This document shows positions 24,331 to 37,149 of a stretch of DNA of 64,000 nucleotides, one piece after another (position 1 is the stretch's first letter; each line of letters starts with the position of its first letter). The stretch is from Octopus sinensis (Eukaryota), in NCBI RefSeq assembly GCF_006345805.1, contig NC_043015.1, positions 33,480,001 to 33,544,000 of the forward strand, given 5' to 3'. Under the pieces are notes generated by a model. It was not told where the DNA came from. It worked only from the letters and a program-made list of their open reading frames with translations, and searched no databases. The translations under genes and the position numbers were made by a program.

Positions 24331-25954
24331 GAGTAGAGGTCAATGATCTGGCAGTCGCACTAAAGTTACTACACTCAGTCTAGCTGAAAATTCTCTTATT
24401 TTTTTACTTGTTTCAGTCACTGGACTGTGGCTATGCTGGGGCATCACCTTGTCACCTTGAAGGATTAGTCAAAAAGAAAAAATGAACCCCAGTACTCAGT
24501 ATACAGTTAGAAATCGACTGCAGAGATGGCATTGTGAAGGGTGGCTGTGTGAGAGGGTGGAAAGAGAGGTGAGGTAGAATAAAGATGAAATAGCTTGGTG
24601 AAAAGGGTATGTGGGTATTTTGAGAATACTTTGTGGAGGGATGACCACGCCCTGCATAATTACTGGTTGCCCTTTGGCAAGGTAAAGCACCTCTTCAGCC
24701 ACTGTGTCAGGGATACGGCAAAGTCATGGGACTGCAGCATGGCAGATTGTGAAGAGTTAGCAGAAGACCTCAACTGAGCTAATGATGCTTCTTTCATTGA
24801 TGCTGAGTAGAGGAATCCTAAAAGATCAATGGTCAGGATCACCAAGTTCTGTCAAGAGAGGAAATGCAATGCATCCGTAGGGGTGGCGTCCATGGTTGTG
24901 TAATCAAATTCTCAATTCAAATTCATAACAATGGAATTGGATGGCAATCTGTGAAAGCAGCACGACTGAAGAAACTAGGTGAAAGAATGGAAATACATGG
25001 GGCCCTGGTGGGGTAATGATCATGGGGCCCGGGTGAAAGAGAGGGTGTGTACAAAGACATGAGGTAAAAGAAAAATGGAGAAAGTGAGAAAAGGTAATTA
25101 AGGGGCAGGAGTAGGTTGAATTTAAAACTAATGATTTATGGATAAGATAGACAAGCACATTGTTTCTTCTAGCACAGGAATAATGTGATGATGATGATGA
25201 TGATGATAGGGGAAGCAAGAAAAGGGTAGGACAAACAGGAGGAAGGAAGGAGAGAAGAGGTAAAGGATGATGTAATGGTGACACTGATGATGAAGATGAT
25301 CTTGTGATGATGATGATGATGATGATGAGGAAACTGGGGGAAATGGAAGGAAGAGGCTGAGATTTGTGTAATGGTGATGGAGAGGTAGAAGGATGGGAAC
25401 AGGGAAGACAAGAAATAGAAATATATATTGAGAAAACAAAACCCTGACAAATGCCATCTGAAGACCCTGGAAGAGCTGTTTATCAAATTTGAATGGTTCC
25501 ATACAGCACAATGCCATACCACAACAGTCTTATTGATGGAATGACAGATGAATAAAGGAACAACTTTGATATTAAGAACAGATGAGAATGGTAAATCGAA
25601 GTCCATAGAATCGTTGAGTGAGTGAACCATCCTGAATACCTGGCGGGTTGCAAGATCAACAAACCTACAGCAATATATTACGTCAGTTATGGGGAGAGGA
25701 AACAGGAAAAAAGAGAAAGAGGAAAGACAGACAGAGAAGGGAGAGAGAGAGAGAGAGAGAGAGAGGTGAATGAGTTATTGATCCCTTGGCTAAAGCATTC
25801 AAAGTTCATGTTCTGCCACTGGCACTATGGAATGCCCTGGGCAAAGCACCAACCCATTCTTGCTGCTATAGTAGTGAAGAATAATGAGGAGGAGGAGGTT
25901 TAGGAAGAGGTAGGTTGCATGTATGTGTGCATGTACATACACACATTCATACAC

Positions 25955-25987
<33 letters not shown>

Positions 25988-27517
25988 TGCACACACAAAT
26001 ATCTTTTATCTTTTGCTTGTTTCAGTCATGGAACTGCAGCCATGCTGGGGTACCACCTGGAAGAAATTTTAGCTGAATGAATCAACCCCAGCAGTTATTA
26101 TTATGTTTTGCTTATAACAGAATGGATTTTGCTAAAGGTACCCAAAGTGACATGAGGTGGTGTTCATCTGAATGACAGACTGAGTTTACTACTCAAGTAA
26201 ATCTACCCCTATATATATATGTATGTATGCATGCATGTATAAATATACATACATGTACACACAGAAATATGTAGAGAGAGAGATAAGAATGTGTTTGTTC
26301 ATAAGAATGACAGTATTCACAAACTAAAAAAACTAAAGTACTCAATACTTTAAGCAGCAGAGTTATATAACATCAATATCTGACCAGAAGCTATATATGT
26401 TTATGTTTTATAGATATCAATAGATCAATAGACATTGATAATGAAAAAACAAAAACAAAAAAAAACAACACTATTAACCTCGTTCTCTGGTTGTTTCTAC
26501 ACCACAGTGTTTCAGTCTGATTGTCTTCAGGAAACATATATTTACACATATAATGTAGTTTTCCCACGGCTGGCTTTGAACTCAAACATTTTATGAAGGT
26601 TCCAAGCGAAGACAGTAGCTGCACCACATTGTGCTGAATCGCTGGTCTAGAAGTGGAGTACAAACTTCAGGTTTGATTGATGTTGTTGTTTCATTATAAT
26701 TTGAAACAGTATTAATATATGACTGTCAGCATTGATATTCTGAGGTAAATAATTGTTCATGAATTTATTCCTAGCCTAAGTTCATTTCATTAACATCAAT
26801 GCTGAGGTTTAGATAGGTCTGTTGCTGTTTTGTGTCATGTTATTGCAAGTCACAACATCTTGAGATCTGGCTTCCCTCGTCCTTATCTCCAGTCCTCTGC
26901 ACACAGCAATGCATTTCATTCAGCACCAGTCTTATGCTCACATGATATGTCAATACCAATGCACTGGGCTGTCTTGCACACATCAGCTGATACATTTATT
27001 GCCTATCTACTCTCCAAGTTCTAAGTCATGAACAAGAAAATTACTGTTCAGTTCATATAGTAGGGAATATTTTACTTGGATGACGCTGGTATTTGATACC
27101 GCTGCTACAAAATGAGAAACAGTGGGGAGACAGAGAGGATCGCCAGCTTTGAACAAATTCACACACACACACATACACACATGTAGATGTGTACATGTAT
27201 GTTTACAGTCTTATGCACTAGACTTTTTGTAGAGAGAAATTGTTCTGCAAGACAAAATTCAGCAGCAAAACCCTTCCACATTCTAGAGCAAAAGAAAACG
27301 TTATGACCCATGCTGCTTTGTGTGTGTTTATACACAAAAATATATTAATGGTTGTTTTTTATGTTCAGTTAAAATGAAAACAATTTTACATTAATCCGAA
27401 GTGATACTCTATACTTTTGAAGAGCACATGTCTATTGTTCTTTAAGAAGAATAGTATTTACAGCATTTTCAAAGTTTTGACCAGCTGATCAATCACTGGA
27501 CTGTGTGTGTCTATAAG

Positions 27518-27841
27518 AGGAGGTGCAGGGCTAAGTGGTTAGGGTATTTGGCTCAAGATTCAGAAGGCCATGAGTTCAATACCTAGCAGCACATTGTGTC
27601 CTTGAACAAGACACTTTATTTCAATTTTGCTCCAGTCCACTCAGCTGGCAAAAATGAGTTGTAACTGTATTTCAAAGGTCTGCCTTGTCACATTCTGTGT
27701 CACTGAATCTACATGAGAACTATGTTAAAGGCAAGCATATCTGTGGAGTGTTCAGCCACCTGCATGTTAATTTCATGAGCAGGCTGTTCCGTTGATTGGA
27801 TCGAATGGAGCCCTTGTCATCATAACTGACAGAGTGCCAGT

Positions 27842-27843
<2 letters not shown>
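27518..27843 (+). mobile_element. tRNA-derived CORE-like SINE (family C), followed by (GT)n
   Basis: ggtgcagggctaagtggttaggg (A box), gagttcaatacc (B box), core ttgtgtccttgaacaagacactttatttca...ctccagtccactcagctggcaaaaatgagt. Confidence 0.8.
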
Positions 27844-27883
<40 letters not shown>

Positions 27884-28634
27884 CAATTAAAATTGTATAA
27901 GCAAGAGTTATAGTTTCATTCTAAGTGGAAATTGATAAAATTGGATCATCTTTAATGTGAACAGCAAGCAAGTTATGTAAGTCACATTTTTGCTGGTTAT
28001 GCTTTCTATTTTTATTGGACCCACAATCCAGTCCCTTTTGGTTTACATTTTGCTTTCTCAGTTTATTCTTAGGAAATAACTCTGGCAGAAGTTAATGTTC
28101 AAAAACAACTTGCACCAGATGACTTTTCCATTCTATTCAAATAGCTCTATCAAGTAACCAGTCATACAGAGAACTTCTAGAATCTTCCATATATTTTTCA
28201 TTGATTTGATTCTTATTTTTAATTCACTTTTTAGAGATCTTTGAAAAAAAGAAAAAATTCAAGTCATTCTGGGTAAACTTGAACTATAAAATCACAGTTT
28301 GTTATATTAGTTACCAGTGACTTAACAGTCCAATTGTTCACCGTCTAAGTATTGCTACTCACATTGCAAGACAGCAAAACTCTACTAAAAATAAAGGTTA
28401 ACTTTTGCCAAATACTGCATATACTATGCGAAGTGTAAGAATAGTTTTAAAACTTTCGGCAGAGTAAAAGCAAAATGAATAACCGACTTAAACAACAACA
28501 GAATTAATATTATAAAACAACAAAATACCAAACAGCAACCTTGCCACCTCAACCTTGAAATCTGTCATCATTAATGACTAATTGTAAAAGCTAAGGTTTT
28601 AATTAAAATGAATTTGATGCAGATTTCTAATTAA

Positions 28635-29218
28635 CAATATTAACAAATAGTTTTAAATCTCTGAGTGATAAATAAGAAATAGCAGTACTACAGAGTAAAA
28701 TCTATTTGCCAATGTAAAGTGGCAGTCCTGATTAGGATGCTGTTACTACCTGGTAGCCAGCTGGAAAAGATGTTTTCCTAGAGCTAAAAAAGGTAGTAAC
28801 ATCATCCTAATCAGGACTGCCACTTTATGTTGGCAAAGAGACTTTACTCTGGGGTACTGTTACTACTTACGTTTTGCTCAGAGATTTAAAACTAATTGTT
28901 TTCTTCTTTATGGGATCAGTGACTGTGTGTCACTTTAAAAGTATATAATTTGAGCAAGGCCTAGTGCTGCATCTCTAGCCAACGGTTATCCTGTGCTGAT
29001 GAAGAGAAATAACCCAGAAACCATGGTCTGGAGGTACCGTTTAAGGCTGAGTGGGGACATTAGATCCTTTGTTTGAGGTATAAGGATGCAGTTATACATT
29101 GGTAACCAGCTGGAAAAGATGTTTTCTTGGGACTAAGAAAAGATAGTAACATTGTCCTAATCAGGACTGCCATTACATTGGCAAATAGATTTTACTCAAT
29201 ATTAACAAATGTTTTAAA
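28635..29218. mobile_element. Composite inverted and direct repeat element with a ~22-bp flanking duplication (Penelope pLTR-like architecture, inferred)
   Basis: 110-bp inverted arms at 28642-28751 and 28791-28900; 28752-28850 repeated directly at 29101-29197; flanks caatattaacaaatagttttaaa (28635-28657) / caatattaacaaatgttttaaa (29197-29218). Confidence 0.75.
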
Positions 29219-30474
29219 GGAAATGAAAACAATAAGTCAAAGTGAAGAAAATATTCCAGAGAGAGAGGAGAAGTGAAAGACAATAATGGCAGAGAGAATA
29301 TATTCTGAGACAGACAAGTTGGTAAGGTGGTTGTATGCTAAGACAGCAGTGGGTAGGGCTTCTGGCATAAAAGAGAGTTTTAAGACTGCAGAAATATAAA
29401 TTGGTCTCCTAATTCTAAAAGGTGGAACAATCAGGGTGTAATAATAAATACATCATCACTATAAATGATTTATGGGGACCACCCCTATTACTACCATCCC
29501 CACCACCATCATCAACATCTGTCAGCACAGAAAGAAAGATGGATTACAATGCAATGAAAAACTAGAGAGTAAGATTGTGTGCCAAGATGGGAGAGGATCA
29601 TAAACCATGTTTTCCAAACAGCTAGTATTGCTCAGAGAAGCTGAATCATTTATGGGGGAACATTTTTATAGGTTTGTATTTGAATTTGTATAATTAATCT
29701 ATTGGCTGGGGAACATTAACTACTTCCATCTTATTTCACACATTGGTTTACAACAGAAGACAGTCTTTCTTGGAAAGGTTCTCCCATAAGATCCTACTGC
29801 CTCTTAGCTTCTCAGTATACAATATGACAGGATGAAGTAATTCTAGAATTTTAGAATTAAAACTGGAAGACTGATCAGTTGCATTGAAGACAAGAATTAA
29901 TTGTTGTTGTAGGCTGTTGCAGCATGTCTAACATCAGTCAGTATATGACCAACAACCTACACTGGAACACTACAAGACCATTCTAAATAACCACGAAATT
30001 CCTGATAAGCTACATTCATCTAAATAACAAGATATCATTTTAAAAACAATCTCTCTCTCTCAACTGATCCAAATATATACAATACACATGGACATGCCAA
30101 GATACTAGAATAAAATCACTTTTCATACTAAGCCCACATTTTGTGATGTATTGCCAATCACAAGAGATTCAAACCCACCACATCCTAAGCTAAACACAGA
30201 GCTTGTATACATGAACAGAAGCAGCCTTTCAATACAAACTGAATGGTCAAAGTGAATGAGCAAACAGATACAATATTTGATTAACGACTGACCAGGAGGG
30301 AGAAAGTCAGTAGGACCCATGATGACTGATCAATATAGATTGAGTAATGGCTAAAGCAGATGAAGAAGGGTAACACAAACGAACTTTCCTCGAAATTATA
30401 CTGTTGCTTTTCTCTCTCCTAATCTACAATGGAGTGTAAGATAGACCACATATATCATAGTAAGTACACAACAT

Positions 30475-30805
30475 GGATCCATTCATTCTCAGTTACAGAA
30501 TTTTTAATTAATTTGTTTAAACTAAACAGTTTGAAACTTTGGATACTGGTTGAATGTGTCACACAGAACATGGTTTACTCTTAACGTTTTTGACAAAATT
30601 TTGTATTTTAGAAGTTATTTCATGTTAAAGTTGTCATATTTGGGTAATCTTAACCAATCAATGACATGTATTCAGGTGAAGAAAGTTACTGCTGTTTATG
30701 AAGGTAATGGAAGGGCAACAACTTTTTTTAACTAAACAGTTTGAAACTTCGGATACTGGTTAAAAAAAGTTAATTAAAATTCTGTGAGTCAGATTGAATA
30801 GATCC
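30475..30805. mobile_element. MITE with long TIRs, the right TIR carrying a micro-inversion
   Basis: ggatccattcattctcagttacagaatttttaatt is inversely matched by aattaaaattctgtgagtcagattgaatagatcc; actaaacagtttgaaactt(t/c)ggatactggtt occurs as a direct repeat at 30521 and 30731. Confidence 0.7.
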
Positions 30806-30862
30806 CACAGCATAATTCCAGACAATACTCAAAGAGGAAAACAACTGGAATGGTTTGAAACT

Positions 30863-31089
30863 TTAACCCCTTAGCATTCTGATTACCCTTTCAAATGTAA
30901 TGCTTATTTAATCACACTGTTTCTAAATAATCATGCATTATGTTGTAGCTTCAAGATTTTGATAATGTGATTGTTTATTTTAAGAATGACATTGAAGGGT
31001 TAATGTGAAAGGCCAGATCTGGCCAGTCTAAACATAAAACAGGCAGAATTTGGGGTTGGATGTGACCAGTTTCAATGCAAAAGTGTGAA
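30863..31089 (+). mobile_element. TTAA MITE, family B
   Basis: ttaaccccttagcattctgattac...ggccagatctggccagtctaaacataaaacaggcagaa...ccagtttcaatgcaaaagtg. Confidence 0.8.
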
Positions 31090-31836
31090 ATTCTTTAGGC
31101 ACAACTGATTACAATGACAGCAGCAGCAGCACCTAGAACACAACTGACCATAACAACAACAACAGCAGCAACGCTATTATGAGTTACCTCACATATAATG
31201 AGGTAATTATGAAGCAGAATTAATGAGCCAGCAAGACAGTTTCAGTGAAGTACCATATTAGCAGAACTTGTGAAAGGGTTAGCATTTAATTAGGGACCAG
31301 CCCATGCATCAGTAAATACAGGGAGGTAGAATTTACTAAATCAGACATGCATCTCATAATGCAATGATTATTAATTAGAAACAGAAAGCATAATTGATAT
31401 GAAGGAAGGAATTAGAATCGAAACCACTGGATATACACACACATACACACAAGAAAGAGATGCTAAAATCTCTCTTGAAAACTGTTTGCAAAAATGTTTG
31501 CTGTTTTTTTACTGAAATTTGAAACTAAATAAACAACAATAACAAAACAAAAATAAAAAAATAAACCCTATAATTTTAGAAAAAAGATCTGTTGTAGTCG
31601 TGATTGCTGTTGTTGCTGTTGCTGTGAATGAATCAAATACCAGAAGATGGAGCCTCATCATAAGTGTTGTGTGTGTGTGTGTGTGTGGATATGAACGCTA
31701 ACATTGTATTAACATGAATGAATTATACATCCTTGACCAATCATATAGCGGAACAAACACACACAAACATGCATGCACGAATGTGCACAGATACAGAAAC
31801 TCATATCAAGCCATAAATACACAAAATTACATATAG

Positions 31837-32017
31837 ACACACACACAGGTATACAACCCCCCCACCCGGACACACACAGGTATACAACCCCCCACCCGGA
31901 CACACACAGGTATACAACCCCCCACCCGGACACACACAGGTATACAACCCCCCACCCGGGGACACACAGGTATACAACCCCCCCACCCGGACACACACAG
32001 GTATACAACCCCCCCAC
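31837..32017. repeat. 30-31-bp minisatellite, 6 copies
   Basis: Unit acacacacaggtatacaaccccccacccgg; ggtatacaacc recurs at 31848, 31879, 31909, 31939, 31969 and 32000. Confidence 0.95.
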
Positions 32018-34129
32018 ACACACACACACACTAAGTATCAACCATGAAAAGTGTTGTCGTAGTGGTGAGGAAGGAAAATTGCAGTATGGTGGTTAAAGAC
32101 ACATGGTAATGATGGCAGTGGTGGGGGATGTAGCATGTGTGTGTGTGTGTTGTGTGTGTGTGTGTGCTTGTGAGTGTGTACTTATGTACGTGCCCATGTA
32201 TGCCTGCCTACATTTCCCCCATATACATGTGTCTGTGTATTTCTGTTTATGTCCAAGCATGTTCGTACATATTCAGCTTAAGCATGCTGGAATACATTGA
32301 TGGCTGCTATAAAAATTGGCAGCAGTCTTCTGAATCAGTTGGAATCAATGATTCTGATGGAATCTGCACAACTTACTGATTATAGAATTCACAACTTCAC
32401 CTGTATATACAGATATTCTGTCACAATAGAGGCATATCTACCTACCTATCTACACAAATACACACATCTAAATGCCAATACTATCTGATACATGCTGATC
32501 AATTAAGTCCCTTTTTTTTTATAATGGTCTTCTCATTATGAAAACACATTTACAAATTTACTAAAACCATATTCCAAAGACAACACTTCCTCTCTATAAT
32601 TAAGAGATTTCTGAATGATACTGACACTACAAGACACCCATCCCTCTTTCTTCTACCTCACTTCTGCATATTTTCCACCTAGTCCAAGTGTTCCTCCTCA
32701 CATCTACAACACCCTGGAACTCCTTCCTCTGATAAGATTGTTGTTGACATTATTGTTTAATCCGAACTCAGCCTTAAACCAAGAGGCTTTCAACCTGGCT
32801 ATCCCATTTTTTCCCTAGGCATTGAGAACTTAAAACCATATTATCGAATGTGTCCTTTCTAAGACATCAATCTACCAGAAATGGCAGCCAAATTTCCTCC
32901 ATATCCCTCTCCTACTAATTACTTATCAGAGATCTCAATCTAACCAATTCCATAGTCAACATGTTTTATCAATGTCATGCTTCTATGAAAGAATCTGGCA
33001 ATGGGCATGTCCCCTTCTCCCTCTAACTTAACTGTGCTGAGGTGGCAGGGAGGGGGAGTGCTTGGGAAGGGAATTTTATACATCTCTTCCCTGTTTCACC
33101 TTTTACTTGCCTTTAAAAGGATTCCTGCAACAGAGAGAGATTATTAACAACTTAAGGGGCTTAAATAATTCAACACTTTCATATTGGCCATGTTTGATTT
33201 GATGTTGTTCATTGTGGTGGTGTTAACCTCCCACCACTGCTAACCACATATCCCCCACACCACTCTCATGTTTTGGACACTTCACATTACAATACTGAAG
33301 GAGGTGTGAGGAAACTATTATCTCATGATGATGATAATGACACCGACAACAATATTAATTAAGATGATGATGATGATGATAATGATGTTGACAACAACAA
33401 TGAAGTAAGAATCTAATACCATATATAGTCAGTCATGTGATACATTATTCTGCTAGAGTGACAGATATATAGATATTTAGACAGGTAATGTCATAACCAG
33501 TGTGTGTGTGTGTGTGTGTGTGTGATGGTCATTCGGCTACTTTGCTAGAACATTAAATCAAATGCATTGCCATAGTTCTTTTGTAACTTAGGATCCCAAG
33601 TTCAAATCTTGTCAAAGTCTGCTTTGCATTGTTTGAGTGGGAAAGGTAAATGCGTGTGTTTGCAACCACATTTGGACGTAGAACGGTTAGGGGCCAATAG
33701 AAACTAACAACCAAAGGCTTACTAAACCAGTTATACATCTACCTAAACGACTGCAGCCTTACTAAAATAACTACCAGTCCATCTAAACAAATGAAGCTTT
33801 ACCAAAACAACTGTAGGTCTACCTCAACACCTAGTCTTACTAAAACAACTAAAGGTCTACTGCAACAACTACAGCCTTACTAAAGCAAATCAACAATGTG
33901 CTAAAATGAAAGAGCTAAAGACCAGAGCCAAACATGAATAGCCTCAATGCAGCAGAAGTGAGAAGTTTCACAGATTTTGATGTTAACATAAATATTTGAG
34001 TAAGTTATCTTCCCAGAGAGAAGTTAACAGCCACAAGTGAGAAATATAACAGAGTGGGTCTTTTACTTATTTAGTGTAACAAATATCAACACCAACATTA
34101 TATACATGAGTGTGTGTGTGCTTAGTGGT

Positions 34130-34186
34130 ACCACCACCACCACCACCACCACCACCACCACCACCACCACCACCACCACCACCACC
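34130..34186. repeat. (CAC)n microsatellite
   Basis: Perfect accaccacc run. Confidence 0.95.
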
Positions 34187-34261
34187 AGCACTATGATCAT
34201 GGCAATTTAAATATCTAATATCAAAGCTGATCCAGAATTCTAGAGATAAACACGAACCAGA

Positions 34262-34265
<4 letters not shown>

Positions 34266-34304
<39 letters not shown>

Positions 34305-34554
34305 GTGTGTATGTATGTATATATATATATATATGTGTGTGTGTATGTATGTATATATACACAAACACACATATATATACATACACACCCACATATACAT
34401 ATATATACATACATGCACATATACATACACACACATATACACACACACATATATATATATATACACACACACACACCATTTAACATCTGCCTTCCATTCT
34501 GGTATATATACATATACACACATATATACATGTATGTATGTATATATAAATATA

Positions 34555-34594
<40 letters not shown>
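34266..34594. repeat. Compound (TA/TG/CA)n tract
   Basis: Alternating purine-pyrimidine repeats; source of the six overlapping Y/I/C/V/H ORFs. Confidence 0.9.
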
Positions 34595-34597
<3 letters not shown>

Positions 34598-35084
34598 AAT
34601 GTACATTTCACAGTACAAATGTTTGTGAGGAATAGACACGCATACACCTAATGCTAGTTAAGTCAACATTCAATATAAGAAGATTACAGCATATCTCAAG
34701 ATATTTTAAATATATTTTAAATTGATAAAACATTCCACTAAAAAAAAACAAAAAGGAAATAAGATTTAATTTTATTTATTAATTTTATTTACTGGAAGAC
34801 ATGATAACCATATTAAATTCCATGCTTACAAACATACAGATACTTACACATATGTACTTGTACATATATATTCAATAAGACACGGGTATCTATACATACA
34901 CAAACATCTCATCTCATGCAAATACACCCTCCACATCACATATAATTACATATAGATATATTCATCATCATCATCATCATCATCACCATTGTCATTTTGA
35001 CTTCCATTTTTCTATGCCTGCATGGGTCAGACAAAATTTGTCGAGGTAGATTTTCTTTGGTTAAATAATAATCCTCTTACTGAT

Positions 35085-35475
35085 ACTTATCTTTTACCTT
35101 TCGCTTGTTTCAGTCATCAGACCATGGCCATGCTGAGGCACTGCCTTGAAGAATTTTTAGTCAAATGTCTCGACCTCAATACTTATTCTTTTTTTAAAGC
35201 CTGGTACTTATTCTATAGGACTCTTTTGCCAAACTGCTAAGTTATGGGGACATAAACACACCGACACCAGTGGTGGTGGTGGTGGTGGGGATAAACACAG
35301 ACACAAAGACACACACACACACATAATGGGCTTCTTTCAGTTTCTGCCCTCCAAATCCTCTCACAAGGCTTTGGTCATCTCGAGACTATAGCAGAAGACA
35401 TTTGCCCAAAATGCCACATGATAGGACTAAACCAGAAACCATGTGGCTGGGTGCAAGTTTGTAACTACACACCCA
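35085..35475 (-). mobile_element. Family B SINE, near full length
   Basis: gcttgtttcagtcatcagaccatggccatgctgaggcactgcc...gggcttctttcagtttctgccctccaaatcc...ccagaaaccatgtgg; a further 5'-half copy lies at ~35655-35815. Confidence 0.85.
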
Positions 35476-36983
35476 CTTGACTGTTTGTGAACAAGGAAAT
35501 ATTTCTCTATAGCCTTCAAACATGAACAGCACGATGGCTGGACATGTTTCCACAGACATTCGCAAACAAATGAAGAACTGTATATCAGTAGAATTCATTT
35601 ACAACTAGTACATGGCTGGAGACAAGGAATCACCAACACACACACACACACACATGGTATGCTTCTTTTAGTTTCTGTCTACCAAATCCACTCACAGAGC
35701 TGTGGTCAATCTGGGGTTTTGATTGAAGACATTTGATTAAGATGCCACAAAGTGGGACTGAACAGAAAACCATGTGATTTCAAAGAGAGAATCTTAACCA
35801 CATAATCATGCATGCCCCTAAATATGTGTGTGTGTGTGTGTGGACATATACACATACCTAAACAAACACACATGTACACAAATCTGGAGTCACAAATTGG
35901 AGTGAGAAATACAGAAGATTCCAGATTGAAGGATCAGAATGTTTCTACTTGTTTACGATGAAGAAACCTTGAGACATCTTCTAAGTAAGGCCTACTGCCT
36001 GGTGCAATCCCATAGCTTGACAACGATATGTTTATTGGCCGGCTGATATAACAGGAACTGACAACATGGCGAAATGGTAGATATCCATTTTGGAAATACA
36101 GATGACCTGAACGGGAGATGGTACTCAGTGGATGTAATAGTAATGATACTGATAAAGGATGATACTCAATAGATATACGAGTAATGACAGTTAAAAGTAA
36201 TGGTACCCCATGGATGTGGAAGTAATTGTAAAGAGAGTGGATAGTGTTCTATGATAGAAGTACTGAGAGTGAGAATAATGTACTCTATGGCCGAAGAATA
36301 CTTGAAATTAAAGGGGATAGTACTCAACAGATATAGAGCATTAGTAGTGGAGGGTACTCAAAGAATGCTGAAATATCAAAGCACCACTAAGTTGCAATAC
36401 AGCTTAACTGTTCAACATCACTTTACTCTACCACTGACAGATTTGTTAACCCTCTCAACTTCATTTTAAACACTTCTTTTCTCTCTCAAAAGATAACAGA
36501 AAGATGTATTCAAAGATCAATATCAACACAAAGAGGAAAAAAAAACAATGTTGGGCGTGTGACTGCAAAAGCAAATGCATGATATATTTTAACATTCAAA
36601 CATATCCACAAATACACATACATACATGCATACAAACATACACACACACACACACACAGTCATTTATATATATATTTACGTATGCCGGTATGTAAGAGAA
36701 AGAGATTTTCGTCTTTTGATGATTGTTATATTTAAGAGGTACTTCAGAAAATGGCATTAGATTGGAAAGTGTGATGCCACTTGGCTTCAAAGTAGTCAAA
36801 TTAGGAGGTAGCCTTCTTCAATAAAGAATATCACATATTTAATGCACACCTGAGCATGTATATACAGACACACACAAACATATCCATTTAGTATGTTTAC
36901 TCAACATCTATTTATACATGCAGGTTTCGGGATATATACATACACATATCTCATGCCACCATGGAAGGTGGATGTTAAATGAT

Positions 36984-37017
<34 letters not shown>

Positions 37018-37149
37018 TATATATATATATATACACATACACACGTGCACATCCATATGTACATACAAGTGATACTGTTTGCCATTACAATTTTCATGAT
37101 AGTTGTATTAATCAAATGACTTCCCTTTCTTGATGCAGTGGTGAACACT

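Noticed and set aside
24540-24800. Possible LINE 3'-end peptide (…DCEELAEDLN)
   Set aside because: Only a few residues resemble the RTE WEELAEDR motif; too weak to call without a search.
29860-30200. Possible decayed non-LTR RT C-terminus
   Set aside because: Similarity is limited to scattered residues across frames and is not convincing by eye.
36735-36824. RGTSENGIRLESVMPLGFKVVKLGGSLLQ, resembling the amino-acid-kinase VVKLGGS start motif
   Set aside because: Only about 30 codons between stops, the motif falls at the end rather than the start, and there is no downstream domain; most likely chance.
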